Program-made: the position numbers and the translations under genes
DNA from: Octopus vulgaris
Taxonomy: Eukaryota
NCBI GenBank assembly: GCA_951406725.2
Contig: OX597837.1
Span: forward strand, 3,596,001 to 3,660,000
DNA: 64,000 nucleotides
Direction of reading: 5' to 3'
In this document: positions 27,728 through 40,508 of the stretch, piece after piece
Layout: the number at the start of each line of letters is the position of its first letter
Position numbering within the stretch: position 1 is the stretch's first letter
Notes under the pieces: model-generated
The model's database searches: none
Told to the model about the DNA's origin: nothing
Seen by the model: only the letters and a program-made list of their open reading frames with translations

Positions 27728-27809
27728 TTAATGTGCGCAGTCGTTGTGGAAGTGGTACCACAATCGATGGGTGTTGAATAGGTCCGCTAATATATTAATT
27801 TTATATTCT

Positions 27810-28252
27810 ATCAGGTCACCCCATACGTTCTGTCCGAATTTTGAATATAGAAAACAAGTGATCAAATGTTATATTTAATTGAAATTTAATCATCAATGTA
27901 CTTTCCCTGATTATCTATGACTTCCCTCCATCCATTCACAAGCTTTTTAATCCATCAATGTAAAACTCATTTGGTTTCAAAGTGAAGAACTCTGAAATGT
28001 CAGTTTCGATCTCCTCCTGGCTTGCGAAAATTATGTCCCCCAAATAATTCTGTAAACTACGAAACAAATGGTAGTCTGAAGGAGCAAGGTCGGGAGAATA
28101 AGGTGGATGAGAAATTTTTTTCCAACCAAGCTCTTCAATCTTCTGTGATGTGATCTTTGCAGTGTGGGGTCGCGCATATTGTCCTGATGAAACATCACTC
28201 CTTTTCGATTCACTAAAGCGGGTATTTTTTTTCTTCAAAGCTTGGTTCAAAT
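27810..28252 (-). mobile_element. Mariner transposase 3' remnant (second family) with one TIR
   Basis: RKGVMFHQDN then ARPHTAKITSQKIEELGWKKISHPPYSPDLAPSDYHLFRSLQNYL (frameshifted); TIR-like TA-TCAGGTCACCCCATACGTTCTGTCCG. Confidence 0.9.
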
Positions 28253-28258
28253 GCTCTC

Positions 28259-28317
<59 letters not shown>

Positions 28318-28471
28318 TGTATAAAAAATGTATAAAAAATATATATAAAAATACAAAATGGGACAAGAACGCGAAACACTCAAATAGACGACACAAAAAA
28401 CGGACGGGTCATTCGAAGCCTCTAATCTTCAGTCAAGAACCGGATCATCCTCGCTATTTTGGCTGATATAT

Positions 28472-28890
28472 ACTCTTTACTCTTTTTACTCTTTTTACTT
28501 GTTTCAGTCATTTGACTGCGGCCATGCTGGAGCACCGCCTTTAGTCGAGCAACTCGACCCCGGGACTTATTCTTTGTAAGCCCAGTACTTATTATATCGG
28601 TCTCTTTTGCCGAACCGCTAAGTGACGGGGACGTAAACACACCAGCATCGGTTGTCAAGCAATGCTAGGGGAACAAACACAGACACACAAACATATTCAC
28701 ACACACTTATATATATATATACATATATACGACAGGCTTCTTTCAGTTTCCGTCTACCAAATCCACTCACAAGGCATTGGTCGGCCCGGGGCTATAGCAG
28801 AAGACACTTGCCCAAGATGCCACGCAGTGGGACTGAACCCGGAACCATGTGGTTGGTTAGCAAGCTACTTACCAAACAGCCACTCCTGCG

Positions 28891-28892
<2 letters not shown>
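28472..28892 (-). mobile_element. SINE family A, full length
   Basis: Family A head, body and tail. Confidence 0.9.
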
Positions 28893-28982
<90 letters not shown>

Positions 28983-29398
28983 TAGATAAATATATATATA
29001 GCTCTACAACAGAGGTGGATATAAGAAACTCAGAGACAAAATAATTGAAGATATGATAAAAAAATAAGATGAAGCCGAAACAGAAAATGCTTAGTGACTT
29101 AAAGAACTCTTAGGAAGAATCAGAAATGAGCACCATCAGTTTTGACGGTTGCTATGTAAGTTATATCTCTAAGTGTTTTAAGAGATTCCTCATGGCTGAT
29201 GAATAACGGAAATAAGCAATACATCAAAGATTATTTGTATGTGTACATTTCTCTAATTTAAAAAAAAATTCGCAAATATTTGTGTTTATTTCTTTTCGTT
29301 TTATTAACAATTTTAAACAAATATTAACATAAATAAAGTAGGGATATATGTATGCGTTTAAGTGTGTGTGTTTGTGTATGTATGTATTTACACACAGA

Positions 29399-29438
<40 letters not shown>

Positions 29439-29562
29439 TATATAGTTATACATATGCGTGTGTGTGTGCGTGCGTGTGTCGTTTGTTCAAACCGGTCTAG
29501 TAGCCTGTTACGCCGGACTGGATTAAATGAATTCAATATTTCTAGTTATTCACACACGAATG

Positions 29563-29640
<78 letters not shown>

Positions 29641-29704
29641 CATACATACATACATATATATATATATATACATACATATATATATATATGTACATACATA
29701 CATA

Positions 29705-29754
<50 letters not shown>

Positions 29755-30197
29755 CATATACATACATATATGTATGTATGTGTGTGTCTCTGTGTGTGTG
29801 TGTGTGAATGTATGTATATATATATACAGAAGCATATAATAAATGCACAAACAGAAAATAAACACTGAAGGTTACCAACTCATCAGTCATCTGCCAGTGA
29901 GCCAAGCGCAATTTCACGTCTTTAATGATAATTTTGGTTCCCTTCTGGTGGCGCCAGAAACAAAGAGAAAAAGAAGCTGCTGGGAAATGGGGCCAAAACA
30001 TATCAACAGGAGCAAACAAACAGTAAATGGAAAGACATGCAACACAATAAATGTGATTCTAGACGGGACCGTTAGTGAACGGGACGAAATAAATAAACAG
30101 AATACAGCCTTGGGGCCGGACAGAGACGAAAGTGTGGATAACGGTCAAGGGAAAATCCTAAAGGATTAGAAACAGAAGCACAACAGACAGCGAAACA

Positions 30198-30574
30198 GGC
30201 GAGCTGGCAGAATCGTTAGCAAGCCAGGCGAAATGCTTGGCGGTATTTCGTCTGCCGCTACGTTCTGAGTTCAAATTCCGCCGAGGTCGACTTTGCCTTT
30301 CATCCATTCGGGGTCGATAAATTAAGTACCAGTTACGCACTGGGGTCGGATGTAATTGACTTAATCCGTTTGTCTGTCCTTGTTTGTCCTCTCTATGTTT
30401 AGCCTTTTGTGGGTAATAAAGAAATAGGTATTTCGTCTGCCAGTATCTGAGTTCAAATTCCGCCGATGTCGACTTAGCCTTTCATCCTTTCGGGGGTCGA
30501 TAAATTAAGTACCAGTTTGTCTGGCCTTGTTTGTCCCCTCTGTGTTTAGCCCCTTGTGGGCAATAAAGAAATAA
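30198..30574 (+). mobile_element. SINE family B, tandem dimer
   Basis: Two B cores; GACAGCGAAA flanks both sides (likely TSD). Confidence 0.88.
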
Positions 30575-31594
30575 GACAGCGAAAGATATTCAAATAGGAG
30601 ACTACAGAAATATAACCGGTTGCTTCAGCCATAAGCGTGAAATGGAGGGAGAAAGATAACAAGGAAAAACGGATGGCTACGGGTCACGTGTCAGTAGCAG
30701 GAAGGAGAAAAGTAGAAGGGAGAGAGAGAGAGAGAGACAGACAGACAGAGGGCAGAGAGAGAGGAAGAGACAGCAAGAGAAAAAAGGAGAAAGGAATTGA
30801 GATGAAGAGGGATAGTAAAAGACATCACACGAATATATAAGAAAACACTAAAAAAAAAAAAACCCATATAGGCGCAGGAGTGGCTGTGTGGTAAGTAGCT
30901 TGCTAACGGTTGCTTCTGCGCATGTGCGAGCCAGTGTTGTGTTTGGCACTGAAGCGGTGAAGACGTGCTATTGAAGCTGTCTTGAATTGAAAACTTTGGA
31001 AGCCCCATGTAAGGTAAGATTCTGTTTTCTGGGTCCAGTGGGAGTTTTTGCTGAGAATTGTTTTTTACAGGCAGGAAGTCCTACTGGATTCAGAATTCTG
31101 ATTCTGCCGACATGTGGCAAATATATTTTTCTCGCTGAGAAAAGTTTTGGGGGCGTATCTGTCTTCGATAAATTGAGTAAATAATTTTCTCACGTAATTG
31201 TGAGAATTGTATTGTGCTGTGAAGAACTTTTATGAATTGTGAAAACCACTACTTCGCAAGAAAATTATAAAAATAAGCCACTATTGGATTACCTTTCGGA
31301 CCCATTTTTGTGGAGGTTGTGTTGCAGTTGCGGCGTTTCAGGTTCAACCCAGGCCGGGAGTACCGCAAGGCCAGAATATTTTTGCTGTGTTTTTTCTGTT
31401 TATTAACTTTCTTTTGAACTTCATTTAACCCTCCCTTTTGTTTTTTTTCTTTATTGTGACTTTCCGTTGATTTCTTCCCTTCTGTTGTGCTTTCTCCTTT
31501 TTGTTTTTTCAAAAATCTATCAAATTTTATTTGGACTTTTGAACTTTTTTCTTCCTGCTTTTTGAGTTTAATTTGAACATATTTAAAAAAAAAC

Positions 31595-32838
31595 ATGGCA
31601 ATGAAAAATAACAAAATTTTGGAGTGGGAAATCATACCACCTAAAAAGTGGTTAAAAGACCGTGAAGATAGGACGGTGGTGTTGAGAACCTACTCCAAGG
31701 CACTAGACACCATCGCCCTATTCGAAAAGACGGCAATTGAAAAGGAGTTGGAAGAGTATTTGCCAACAATTAAATTCATTTCCAGGGGTGTCAAATATGC
31801 AACAGTGTGGTTGCTATTTGACACCCCTGAAGAGGCTTGCAAATTTGCTAGCAAACCCCTGGAGGGTAAGGAAATCTTATTCCTACCCACGTACAAAAAA
31901 AAGAAATTGATGAAAGCTTGGATCTGCGGATTGCCACCCGACATAGAACCCGAGTGGATAGAGGAGACTATCCGCCGGGGTCTGGGTGACAGCGAAACTA
32001 AGCTCCTCAATGTAAAAGTTCTTCCTGCGGCTGCTTGGGTTGGGTCAAAAGCAATTTTGACCCTGTGGACACAATCAGCCAATCTGGTTCTTCCAGATTT
32101 TTTGAAAATGGCCGGGTGCAGGTACCCGGTGATGCTTGAGGGTCGCCCCCTAAGTGTCATCGGTGCTTGGAGTCCGGCCACATAAAGAAGAACTGTCCTC
32201 GGGAACAAAATAGGATCCCGGAACAGTTAAGTAAAACCCCTCTAGAAGAGGGAACGATAACGGCCGAGAAAGCAGAGGACTCCTCAAACAGAGGCCGAAA
32301 GAGGAAGGTGAGCAACAATGGGTGCTCACCGAAGGATAATAGGGATGAGGAGAGGAAGGCGAATCTTCCAGCCACGGAGGAGACGCACCCTCCCTCAGTT
32401 GAAAAGGGGAAAAAAAAGAAAAAGAGGAAGAAAAACGGGACATTACCGGCTGTCAGTGTAGCACCGGAATGTCCCAGAACTACGTCGGTTGGGGTTGTGC
32501 CACCGACAAGAGAAGGAATACCGTTGGCGAGAACTGTGCCGCCAACGAAAGAACTGAACGTATTGGTCCTCTTCTATAGAGGAGGAGAAATTGAAAAAGT
32601 GATGGAAGAGCACTACAAGGGAGCACCTTTAGCCTTCACACAGGACCCCGAATGGCCTCCGCAGGTAGCTATGGAGGCCGTGGCGTTCGACGTGACGCGT
32701 GGGCTAAAGGAGCTCAATGAAGATTATAACTTGGTCCCGGGCGACGCGAACTCGGAACTTGATTACGTTCTGAGGGAGGCGTGGTTGATGGTGGAGGGCG
32801 CGGGCACAAGCTATTTCGAGGACGATATGTATTATTAG
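31595..32838 (+). pseudogene. L1/Tx1-type ORF1 nucleic-acid-binding protein (RRM-like region plus CCHC knuckle), about 414 aa with one frameshift
   Basis: ORFs 31595-32185 and 32167-32838 join if one C is added to the C5 run at 32146-32150. This gives LPDFLKMAGCRYPVMLEGRPPKCHRCLESGHIKKNCP (CX2CX4HX4C), followed by basic stretches RGRKRK and KKKKKRKK. Confidence 0.8.
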
Positions 32839-32960
32839 TAATGGACTTAAGTCCAAAAATTGAAAAATTGTAAGAGGATTAATACCTCGTTTTGTATTAA
32901 TAATGGACTGCTAAGTCCAAAAATTGGAAAAATTGTAAGAGGTTTAATACCTCGTTTTGT
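32833..32960 (+). repeat. Tandem duplication of about 63 bp at the start of the 3' UTR
   Basis: TAATGGACT..TAAGTCCAAAAATTG.AAAATTGTAAGAGG.TTAATACCTCGTTTTGT occurs twice. Confidence 0.9.
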
Positions 32961-33599
32961 GTTTATCCTTAAAAAGAACAATGTTTTAGAGAAGCGAAAG
33001 TCGGCGGGCGCTTTTTGTCTTCTCCCATCCTTATCATCCTTCTTTCATTATCATTCACCTCATTAATGTCCTCGTCCAGCCCGCAAAGCTAACTTAATCT
33101 GTGTACTGCCTTTATGGCAAATGTTTTGAAATAAAGTAGCTTGCTAACCAACTACATGGTTCCGGGTTCAGTCCCACTGCGTGGCATCTTGGGCAAGTGT
33201 CTTCTGCTATAGCCCCGGGCCGACCAAAGCCTTGTGAGTGGATTTGGTAGACGGAAACTGAAAGAAGCCTGTCGTATATATGTATATATATATATGTGTA
33301 TGTGTGTGTGTGTTTGTGTGTCTGTGTTTGTCCCCCTAGCATTGCTTAACAACCGATGCTGGTGTGTTTACGTCCCCGTGACTTAGCGGTTCTCAAAAGA
33401 GACCGATAGAATAAGTACTGGGCTTACAAAGAATAAGTCCCGGGGTCGATTTGCTCGACTAAACACGGTGCTCCAGCATGGCCGCAGTCAAATGACTGAA
33501 ACAAGTAAAAGAGTAAAAAAAACCCAATTCTCCGGAACGTTCCTGTAATTAATAAGCTAAAAAACATAATAAATGCAAAAACAACTGGAGAACAGATGT

Positions 33600-33790
33600 G
33601 TGTATGTCTATCTTTCTATCTGCACTGTTTGACAACCGGTTAGTGTATTTACGTCTCCGTAGCTTAACGGTTCGGCAAAAGAGAGCGATAGAATAAGTAC
33701 TAGGCTGGCTTAAGAAATAATTCTTAGGACCAATTTGTTCGACCCCTCAAGGCGCTGCTCCAGCTCGACCGCAGTCAAATAACTGAAAAG
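33600..33790 (+). mobile_element. Diverged SINE A-related 3' half
   Basis: GGTTCGGCAAAAGAGAGCGATAGAATAAGTACTAGG...GCAGTCAAATAACTGAAA. Confidence 0.7.
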
Positions 33791-33837
33791 AAGAAAACTA
33801 GAATATATGTATACAAATACACACATGCACAAACACA

Positions 33838-33879
<42 letters not shown>

Positions 33880-33930
33880 TGTGTGCGTGTATTTATACAC
33901 ACACATATATATATATATATATACATACTT

Positions 33931-33984
<54 letters not shown>

Positions 33985-34232
33985 ATGTGTGTGTATGTGT
34001 TTATATATATATAATATATATACACATATATACATATAAGTAAATATGTATATATGTGTATTTTTATGTCTTGTTATATTTATTTAGTTATATTTCACCA
34101 TATTGATTGTAATTATTGTACTGTATTAATGTATAATATCATTGCTATTGTGTAGTGTTTAATCAATTATATGATGCGGTATTATCTGATAGTTGATGAT
34201 TGATTTAGATATATTTCTCCATTTTCTCATTT

Positions 34233-34288
<56 letters not shown>

Positions 34289-34750
34289 CAAACACACACA
34301 CGCAACCAAACATTTATACATACGCGCAAACGCACAATCGTTCATTACATCTCTGAAAAGTTAAATCAGTGTCTGAATAAATCTCGCCATGCTAAGTTGT
34401 TCGTGATATAAAAAAGGGAAAAAATCAACAAAGAACACGTCTGATATAAACCCAAACACCAATAAAATATTACCGACTTATCTGGCAGCCAGATTCACTG
34501 TCTATAGTTATTTGTTAAATCATTTAATTTAGTGTAATTAACAATTATGTGAATCTGTCAGGTTGTTCAATCTGAGGATCTATCATTTTATTTATTGCAC
34601 TATTCTTTAGTTCCGCCATGTTATTCTATCCAGCCATGCAACCATTAATACCGTCACTTATCAAATCGATCTATCTTTCTGACGTTTCTATCTGTCACTT
34701 TTTATTTATATGTTTGTGTGTCTTTCTGTTTATCTAATACTGTCTGACTG

Positions 34751-34886
<136 letters not shown>

Positions 34887-35234
34887 ACTATCTATCTATC
34901 TATCTATCTGCCAGTCTGTCTATATATTTATAGTATCTCTCTCTCTATCTACTATCTCTCTCTCTCTCTAATAGCTCTTTCTCTCTCTCTCTCTATCTAT
35001 CTATCTAGTTATTTTCCTTCCACTGTTCTCTGTACAGTCAAGCATAAATACATAAACCAACAGCAAATCACCTATTGTTTGCAATAATAAATAGCTTCTT
35101 GTAATTCTGTCAAATAACTCCGACATTGCTGTAAGTATATATCGGCGCATTTCAATACCTACATTGTACCCACAATGTAAACAATAAAACCAAGGCTGAG
35201 TGGAATTTTCAGGGCATTTATAAAGAGGAAGTTA

Positions 35235-35282
35235 GTTTTACAGCTGTTTCTGTGATATTTGGGATATCCCTTCATCAGAGAC
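35235..35282 (-). ncRNA. Minimal hammerhead ribozyme motif in a Penelope-like pLTR fragment (about 35110-35415)
   Basis: The minus strand reads GTCT-CTGATGA-A-GGGATAT-cccaa-ATATCAC-A-GAA-ACAGCTGT-A-AAAC: canonical core and palindromic stem III. Confidence 0.65.
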
Positions 35283-35416
35283 GATGTAAGATATTAAATA
35301 GAGCAAAATATTGGAGCTCAATATAAGGACGTATTTTGGAAAAGGAAGGAAATAAGGAGTATAGATGGAAATAGGAGAATGAGTGTAGAAATAAAAATAA
35401 AAATATATAAAAATAT

Positions 35417-35886
35417 AGAGCGTAGGCAAGAAAGATATGCCATAATATACATCTGGAAGATCCTAGAAGCACTTGTCCCAAACTTTGGCATCGAGAGTTA
35501 CACAAATGCCAGAACTGGGCGCCACTGCACAGTGCCAAGGACTCCAAATTTGCCATCAAGATGTTGGACAAGATACTGTGGTAGCCTTGGCTTCAGAGGC
35601 CTACAGTTCTTCAATATCCTCCCGAAGAACCTATGAGACCTGCATGGGGTGGATGCAGATGTTTTTAAAATGAAACTGGATCTCTTCTTGTCAGGTGTCC
35701 CAGATGAACCAACTTCACGGCAGGGGGTGCAGATGAGGGCAGCTGCATCGAACTCTCTCATGCACAAAATGTCAATTGCTAAAAAGCATTCGTGAAGTAA
35801 AATCATGTAGCAACACCGAATGGCTGTGCCCCAGCATGGCCACAGCTTGTGAGCTGAAACTAAATAAAATAAAATAAAAAATAAAA
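35417..35886 (+). mobile_element. 3' end of a CR1/L2-group LINE (ORF2 C-terminus, 3' UTR, (TAAAA)n tail)
   Basis: ERRQERYAIIYIWKIL...RGLQFFNILPKNL*DL...FKMKLDLFLSGVPDEP; ends GTGCCCCAGCATGGCCACAGCTTGTGAGCTGAAAC(TAAAA)n. Confidence 0.8.
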
Positions 35887-36102
35887 AAGATGTTATAGTT
35901 GCAGTTACATTATCCAAGGAAAGTGATGTGTAGAAGTGGTAGAAATGCTTCTTATCCGTGTTATGTAAACTCCAATAGGAGATCATATTTTGTCATTAAA
36001 AATGGAAAGTGTAGAGACGTAGATTCCATGTGCTGTTCATTCAGAGGGGTTTTGCGGTGTAAATGAAAATTTGAGAATTTGATGATCTACGTTCATATAT
36101 TA

Positions 36103-36506
36103 GGCGCAGGAGTGGCTGTGTGGTAAGTAGCTTGTTTACCAGCCACATGGTTCCGGGTTCAGTCCCACTGCGTGGCACCTTGGGCAAGAGTCTTCTACTA
36201 TAGCCTCGGGCCGACCAAAGCCTTGTGAGTGGATTTGGTAGACGGAAACTGAACGAAGCCCGTCGTATATATGTATATATATATATGCGTGTGTGTGTTT
36301 TGTGTGTGTGTGTTTGTCCCCGTAGCATTGCTTGACAACCGATGCTGGTGTGTTTATGTCCCCGTTACTTAGCGGTTCGGCAATAGAGACCGATAGAATA
36401 AGTACTGGGCTTACTAAAGAACAAGTGCCGGGGTCGATTTGATCGATTAAAGGCGGTGCTCCAGCATGGCCGCAGTCAAATGACTGAAACAAGTAAAAGA
36501 GTAAAA
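36103..36506 (+). mobile_element. SINE family A, full length
   Basis: Family A head, body and tail. Confidence 0.9.
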
Positions 36507-36880
36507 GTGTAATGTGGTGGTAGTATTGTTTCACTCTGTTTTCTTATTTTCCCTTCTTCTTTTCTCACCTTTTCCTTTTGAACTCCCTCCTCATTTTAAC
36601 ATACACATCTCTTCTCCTCTCTCTATCCACTTAATACTACCACTATATTCTAAAATCTTCATTTGCACCGCACGACCCCGTTATATACAGTTATGTATAT
36701 ATATATATATAGAATGATTTTCGTCATTTCTTTCTCTTTTACCTGCGTGGTTTGTTCTTGAGTGCTTTGTTTTTACTGGGATCTTCTTTTAATGTAGAAA
36801 GAATAGCCAAGACTTTTTGACTGCTATTTCTAAATTCGGTGTGTGGTGAGACAAATCGTTGCTGAACCCTAATTACTTAG

Positions 36881-36909
<29 letters not shown>

Positions 36910-36911
<2 letters not shown>

Positions 36912-38148
36912 TCTTTTACTCTTCTACTTGTTTCAGTCATTTGACTGTGGCCATGCTGAAGCACCGCTTTTAGTCGAGCAAATCGACACCAGGACTTATT
37001 CTTTGTAAGCCTAGTACTTATTCTATCGGTCTCTTTTGCCGAACAGCTGAGTTACGCGGACGTAAACACACCACCATCGGTTCTGAAGCGAAGTTGGGGG
37101 GACAAACACAGAAACACAAACACACACACACACACACACACACATATGTATATACATATATATATATATTTATATTTATATATATATATAAACAGTACTG
37201 GGAGAATAAGAACGGAACGAAGCGAACGAATCGAATCGAACTCGACGCGAGGGCGCTGTCAAACAATAGTGTAATAAATAAAATATATGCATACATACAA
37301 ACATATATGTACGTACCTACATCTACATGTATATATACATGCATATATAAATATATATACGTGAGTACAGGACACCACAACTAGACGTAGAACTCAACGA
37401 GAAACGAAAACGGAAAAACCATTTTTTTACAACAGAAAAACAGAGACGTAGAATTCAACGAGAAACGAAAACGTTTCAGCCAGAAAAAAAGCTTTTTCGT
37501 TTGTTTTCTTGTTTGTTTTCTTGTTTATCTTTTTTTCTCGTATTGTATTTTCTTTTTATTTCTCGTATTGTATTTTCTTGTACATGTATTTTTATCTTGT
37601 ATTTTATTTTGTAGTTTTATTTGTATCGTTTTTACGTCCTGTTTGTGTTACATTTTTTTCTTACTTGTTTTTACCCCTCTGCGAGGTAATTTTATTTTAA
37701 TTCTCTCGCAGGAAGGATTAGTTTGACGAGTCGTGTTCTTGCTTGCCTTCGAAACACGCTGGAGTCGAACTAGTGACAGCTGATGAAGGGGATTTTTCTT
37801 TTGTAAAAAAATGGTTTTTCCGTTTTCGTTTCTCGTTGAGTTCTACGTCTAGTTGTGGTGTCCTGTACTCACGTATATATATTTATATATGCATGTATAT
37901 ATACATGTAGATGTAGGTACGTACATATATGTTTGTATGTATGCATATATATTATTTATTACACTATATATATATATACATATATACGACAGCCTTCTTT
38001 AGTTACCGTCTATCAAATCCACTCACAAGGTTTTGGTCGGCCCGAGGCTTTAGTAGAAGACACTTGCCCAAGGTGCCACGCGGTGGGACTGAACCCGGAA
38101 CCATGTGATTGGTAAGCAAGCTACTTACAACACAGCCACTCCTGCGCC
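36910..38148 (-). mobile_element. SINE family A split at its internal microsatellite by a foldback insertion
   Basis: Tail half at 36910-37140 and head half at 37985-38148. Confidence 0.85.
37192..37966. mobile_element. Foldback insertion (75-bp tail plus about 166-bp inverted arms), Penelope-like
   Basis: 37267-37432 is the reverse complement of 37801-37966. CTGATGAAGGGG (hammerhead 5' half) lies at about 37780, just before the right arm. Confidence 0.75.
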
Positions 38149-38162
38149 TGTACACATTGGAG

Positions 38163-38205
<43 letters not shown>

Positions 38206-38535
38206 GTATATATATATATAAACAAACTAGCACTTGTTTTCGAATAAGCGTCGCAATGTGTATTATACGATACAAATAAGATGGTATTTTTCGAACGCAG
38301 AATTGCCGTGTGTGTATGCGCGCGCGTGTGTGTGTCTATCTATATGTGTATGTGTGTATTTGTGTTTGTCATCACCATCGTTTGAAAACCGGTATTAGTT
38401 TATTTATGTCCTCGTAACTTAAGTACGGGAAACTTTCATTTTATCTCTATAAATATATATCATCTGTACAGGATATTCAACAGGAAATTGCAGAATGCTC
38501 ACACACACAGACACAGACACACAGACACACACACA

Positions 38536-38576
<41 letters not shown>

Positions 38577-38642
38577 ACAGACGCACACACACACGCACAC
38601 ACACACATATATATGTATGTATATAGATAGATATAGATATAT

Positions 38643-39040
38643 AGGAGCAGGAGTGGCTGTGTGGTAAGTAGCTTGCTAACCAACCACATGGTTCCGGGTT
38701 CAATCCCACTGCGTGGCATCTTGGGCAAGTGTCTTCTGCTATAGCCCCGGGCTGACCAATGCCTTGTGGATTTGGTAGACGGAAACTGAAAGAAGCCTGT
38801 CGTATATATGTATATATGTGTGTGTTTGTGTGTCTGTGTTTGTCCCCATAGCATTGTTTGGCAACCGATGCTGGTGTGTTTACGTGCCCGTCACTTAGCG
38901 GTTCGGCAAAGAGACCGATAGAATAAGTACTGGGCTTACAAAGAATAACTCCCGTCGTCGGTTTGCTCGACTAAACACGGTGCTCCAGCATGGCCGCAGT
39001 CAAATGACTGAAACAAGTAAAAGAGAAAGAGAGAAAGAGA
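38643..39040 (+). mobile_element. SINE family A
   Basis: Family A head, body and tail. Confidence 0.9.
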
Positions 39041-39647
39041 TATAGATATATATAGGGATGATTTCAGTGTGAATGGCTTTTTATACGGCGCCGTGTTTTA
39101 CAGTCCTGTAAATGAAAATAATGGTATTTTTATACAAGCTTAAAGCTTATGGCGATCATCGTGCAATGAATAAGGAAAACAGTCTAATAAAGCGGGAATA
39201 CAAGTCCTCGTCAGAAGAAAGAAGGCTTGACTTTTTGAAATCTTTAGAAATCAATAACCAGTACTCTACACAGAAGACTTCTTCATTTTCCATTCTTCAT
39301 TTTCCGTGTTACGAACAAGAACTGCCTCCAGGTCTCGGTTATTCTCCGCTCTCCAAGAAGGAAAATTATATTAATAAATTATATAGAAATAAAGGAACAT
39401 TAATGCGTTTGGCATTCAGAGCACATTGCATGCATATTTTATTAAACAAATTCATGCAACCAGTTCTTTGGAAAATTTTTCCCGTAATACGTTTTGTTTT
39501 AAAGAATATAAACACAGTCACTTTATATTCCTGGCCCGATTTCAAATTTGTGTAGCTTTAGCTCCTGATATAGCAGTCTGTGTGTGTTGTGTGTATGTGT
39601 GTGTGTGTGTGTGTGTGTTAGTGTGTATATGCATATATTTGTATATG

Positions 39648-39693
<46 letters not shown>

Positions 39694-39887
39694 CACACAT
39701 GTATATATACATACATGCACATATATGTATCTAAACCTATGTCGCGAAGTCTGTATATCACACATACACACACACATATACTTATATATATATACACACA
39801 TACACGCGCATGTACTCACTCACGTAAGTATATATATACGCAAAAATCCAGCAGAAAGGTACTAAAGTAATTCATAGATATTCGAGC

Positions 39888-39956
<69 letters not shown>

Positions 39957-40056
39957 GTGTGTGTGTGTGTATATATGTATATATATATATATACATATAT
40001 ATAAATGCATATGTTGTACATGTATGTGTATGTTCGTACGTATGTGTGTATTTATG

Positions 40057-40099
<43 letters not shown>

Positions 40100-40474
40100 G
40101 TACGATAAATGTATATCTATATACCCATAGATACCTAGATACATAAATATACATATATACGTAAGTGTATACGTATGAGTGTATATCTCTGCTTATGTGT
40201 GTTTATGCCTCTGAGGTGCATATATTCATATAAACTTTAGATATGAAATGTGCTATAAACGTAACGTCACCAAACGATGCACTCTAAGACCATATTCTAT
40301 ATCTATCTTCAGCTGTCTTCATCTCATTATTCGCTTCGTCATTAATCTTTATTCATGTAGTCTACATTTTAATATATGGTACATCTTATGATTATGCATC
40401 CTACTCAAACTCTCCTGCGTGTTAGAAGGAAATATAAGTATCTATGTATTTCAGTGTATTTATGTACGTGTGTA

Positions 40475-40508
<34 letters not shown>

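Larger units (their letters stand above)
30908..33133 (+). mobile_element. ORF1-only non-autonomous non-LTR retrotransposon (L1/Tx1-like)
   Basis: 15-bp TSD AAGTAGCTTGCTAAC (30893-30907 and 33134-33148), about 690-bp 5' UTR, single ORF1, about 295-bp 3' UTR ending in AATAAA, no EN/RT. Confidence 0.82.
30871..33515 (+). mobile_element. SINE family A split by a 2.2-kb retroelement (head 30871-30907, remainder 33134-33515)
   Basis: The head stops at GCTTGCTAAC and resumes at 33134. AAAAAAAAACCCA flanks both ends (the SINE's own TSD). Confidence 0.9.

Noticed and set aside
29191-29220. CTGATGA...GAAA hammerhead-like words
   Set aside because: No stem I or stem II pairing could be drawn.
31249-32443. 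Antisense ORFs 31249-31635, 31690-32208 and 32150-32443
   Set aside because: They are shadows of the T-rich 5' UTR and of ORF1, with no independent motifs.
39112-39555. 147-aa ORF in non-microsatellite sequence
   Set aside because: No recognisable domain or splice context; possibly a decayed transposon, but it cannot be supported.
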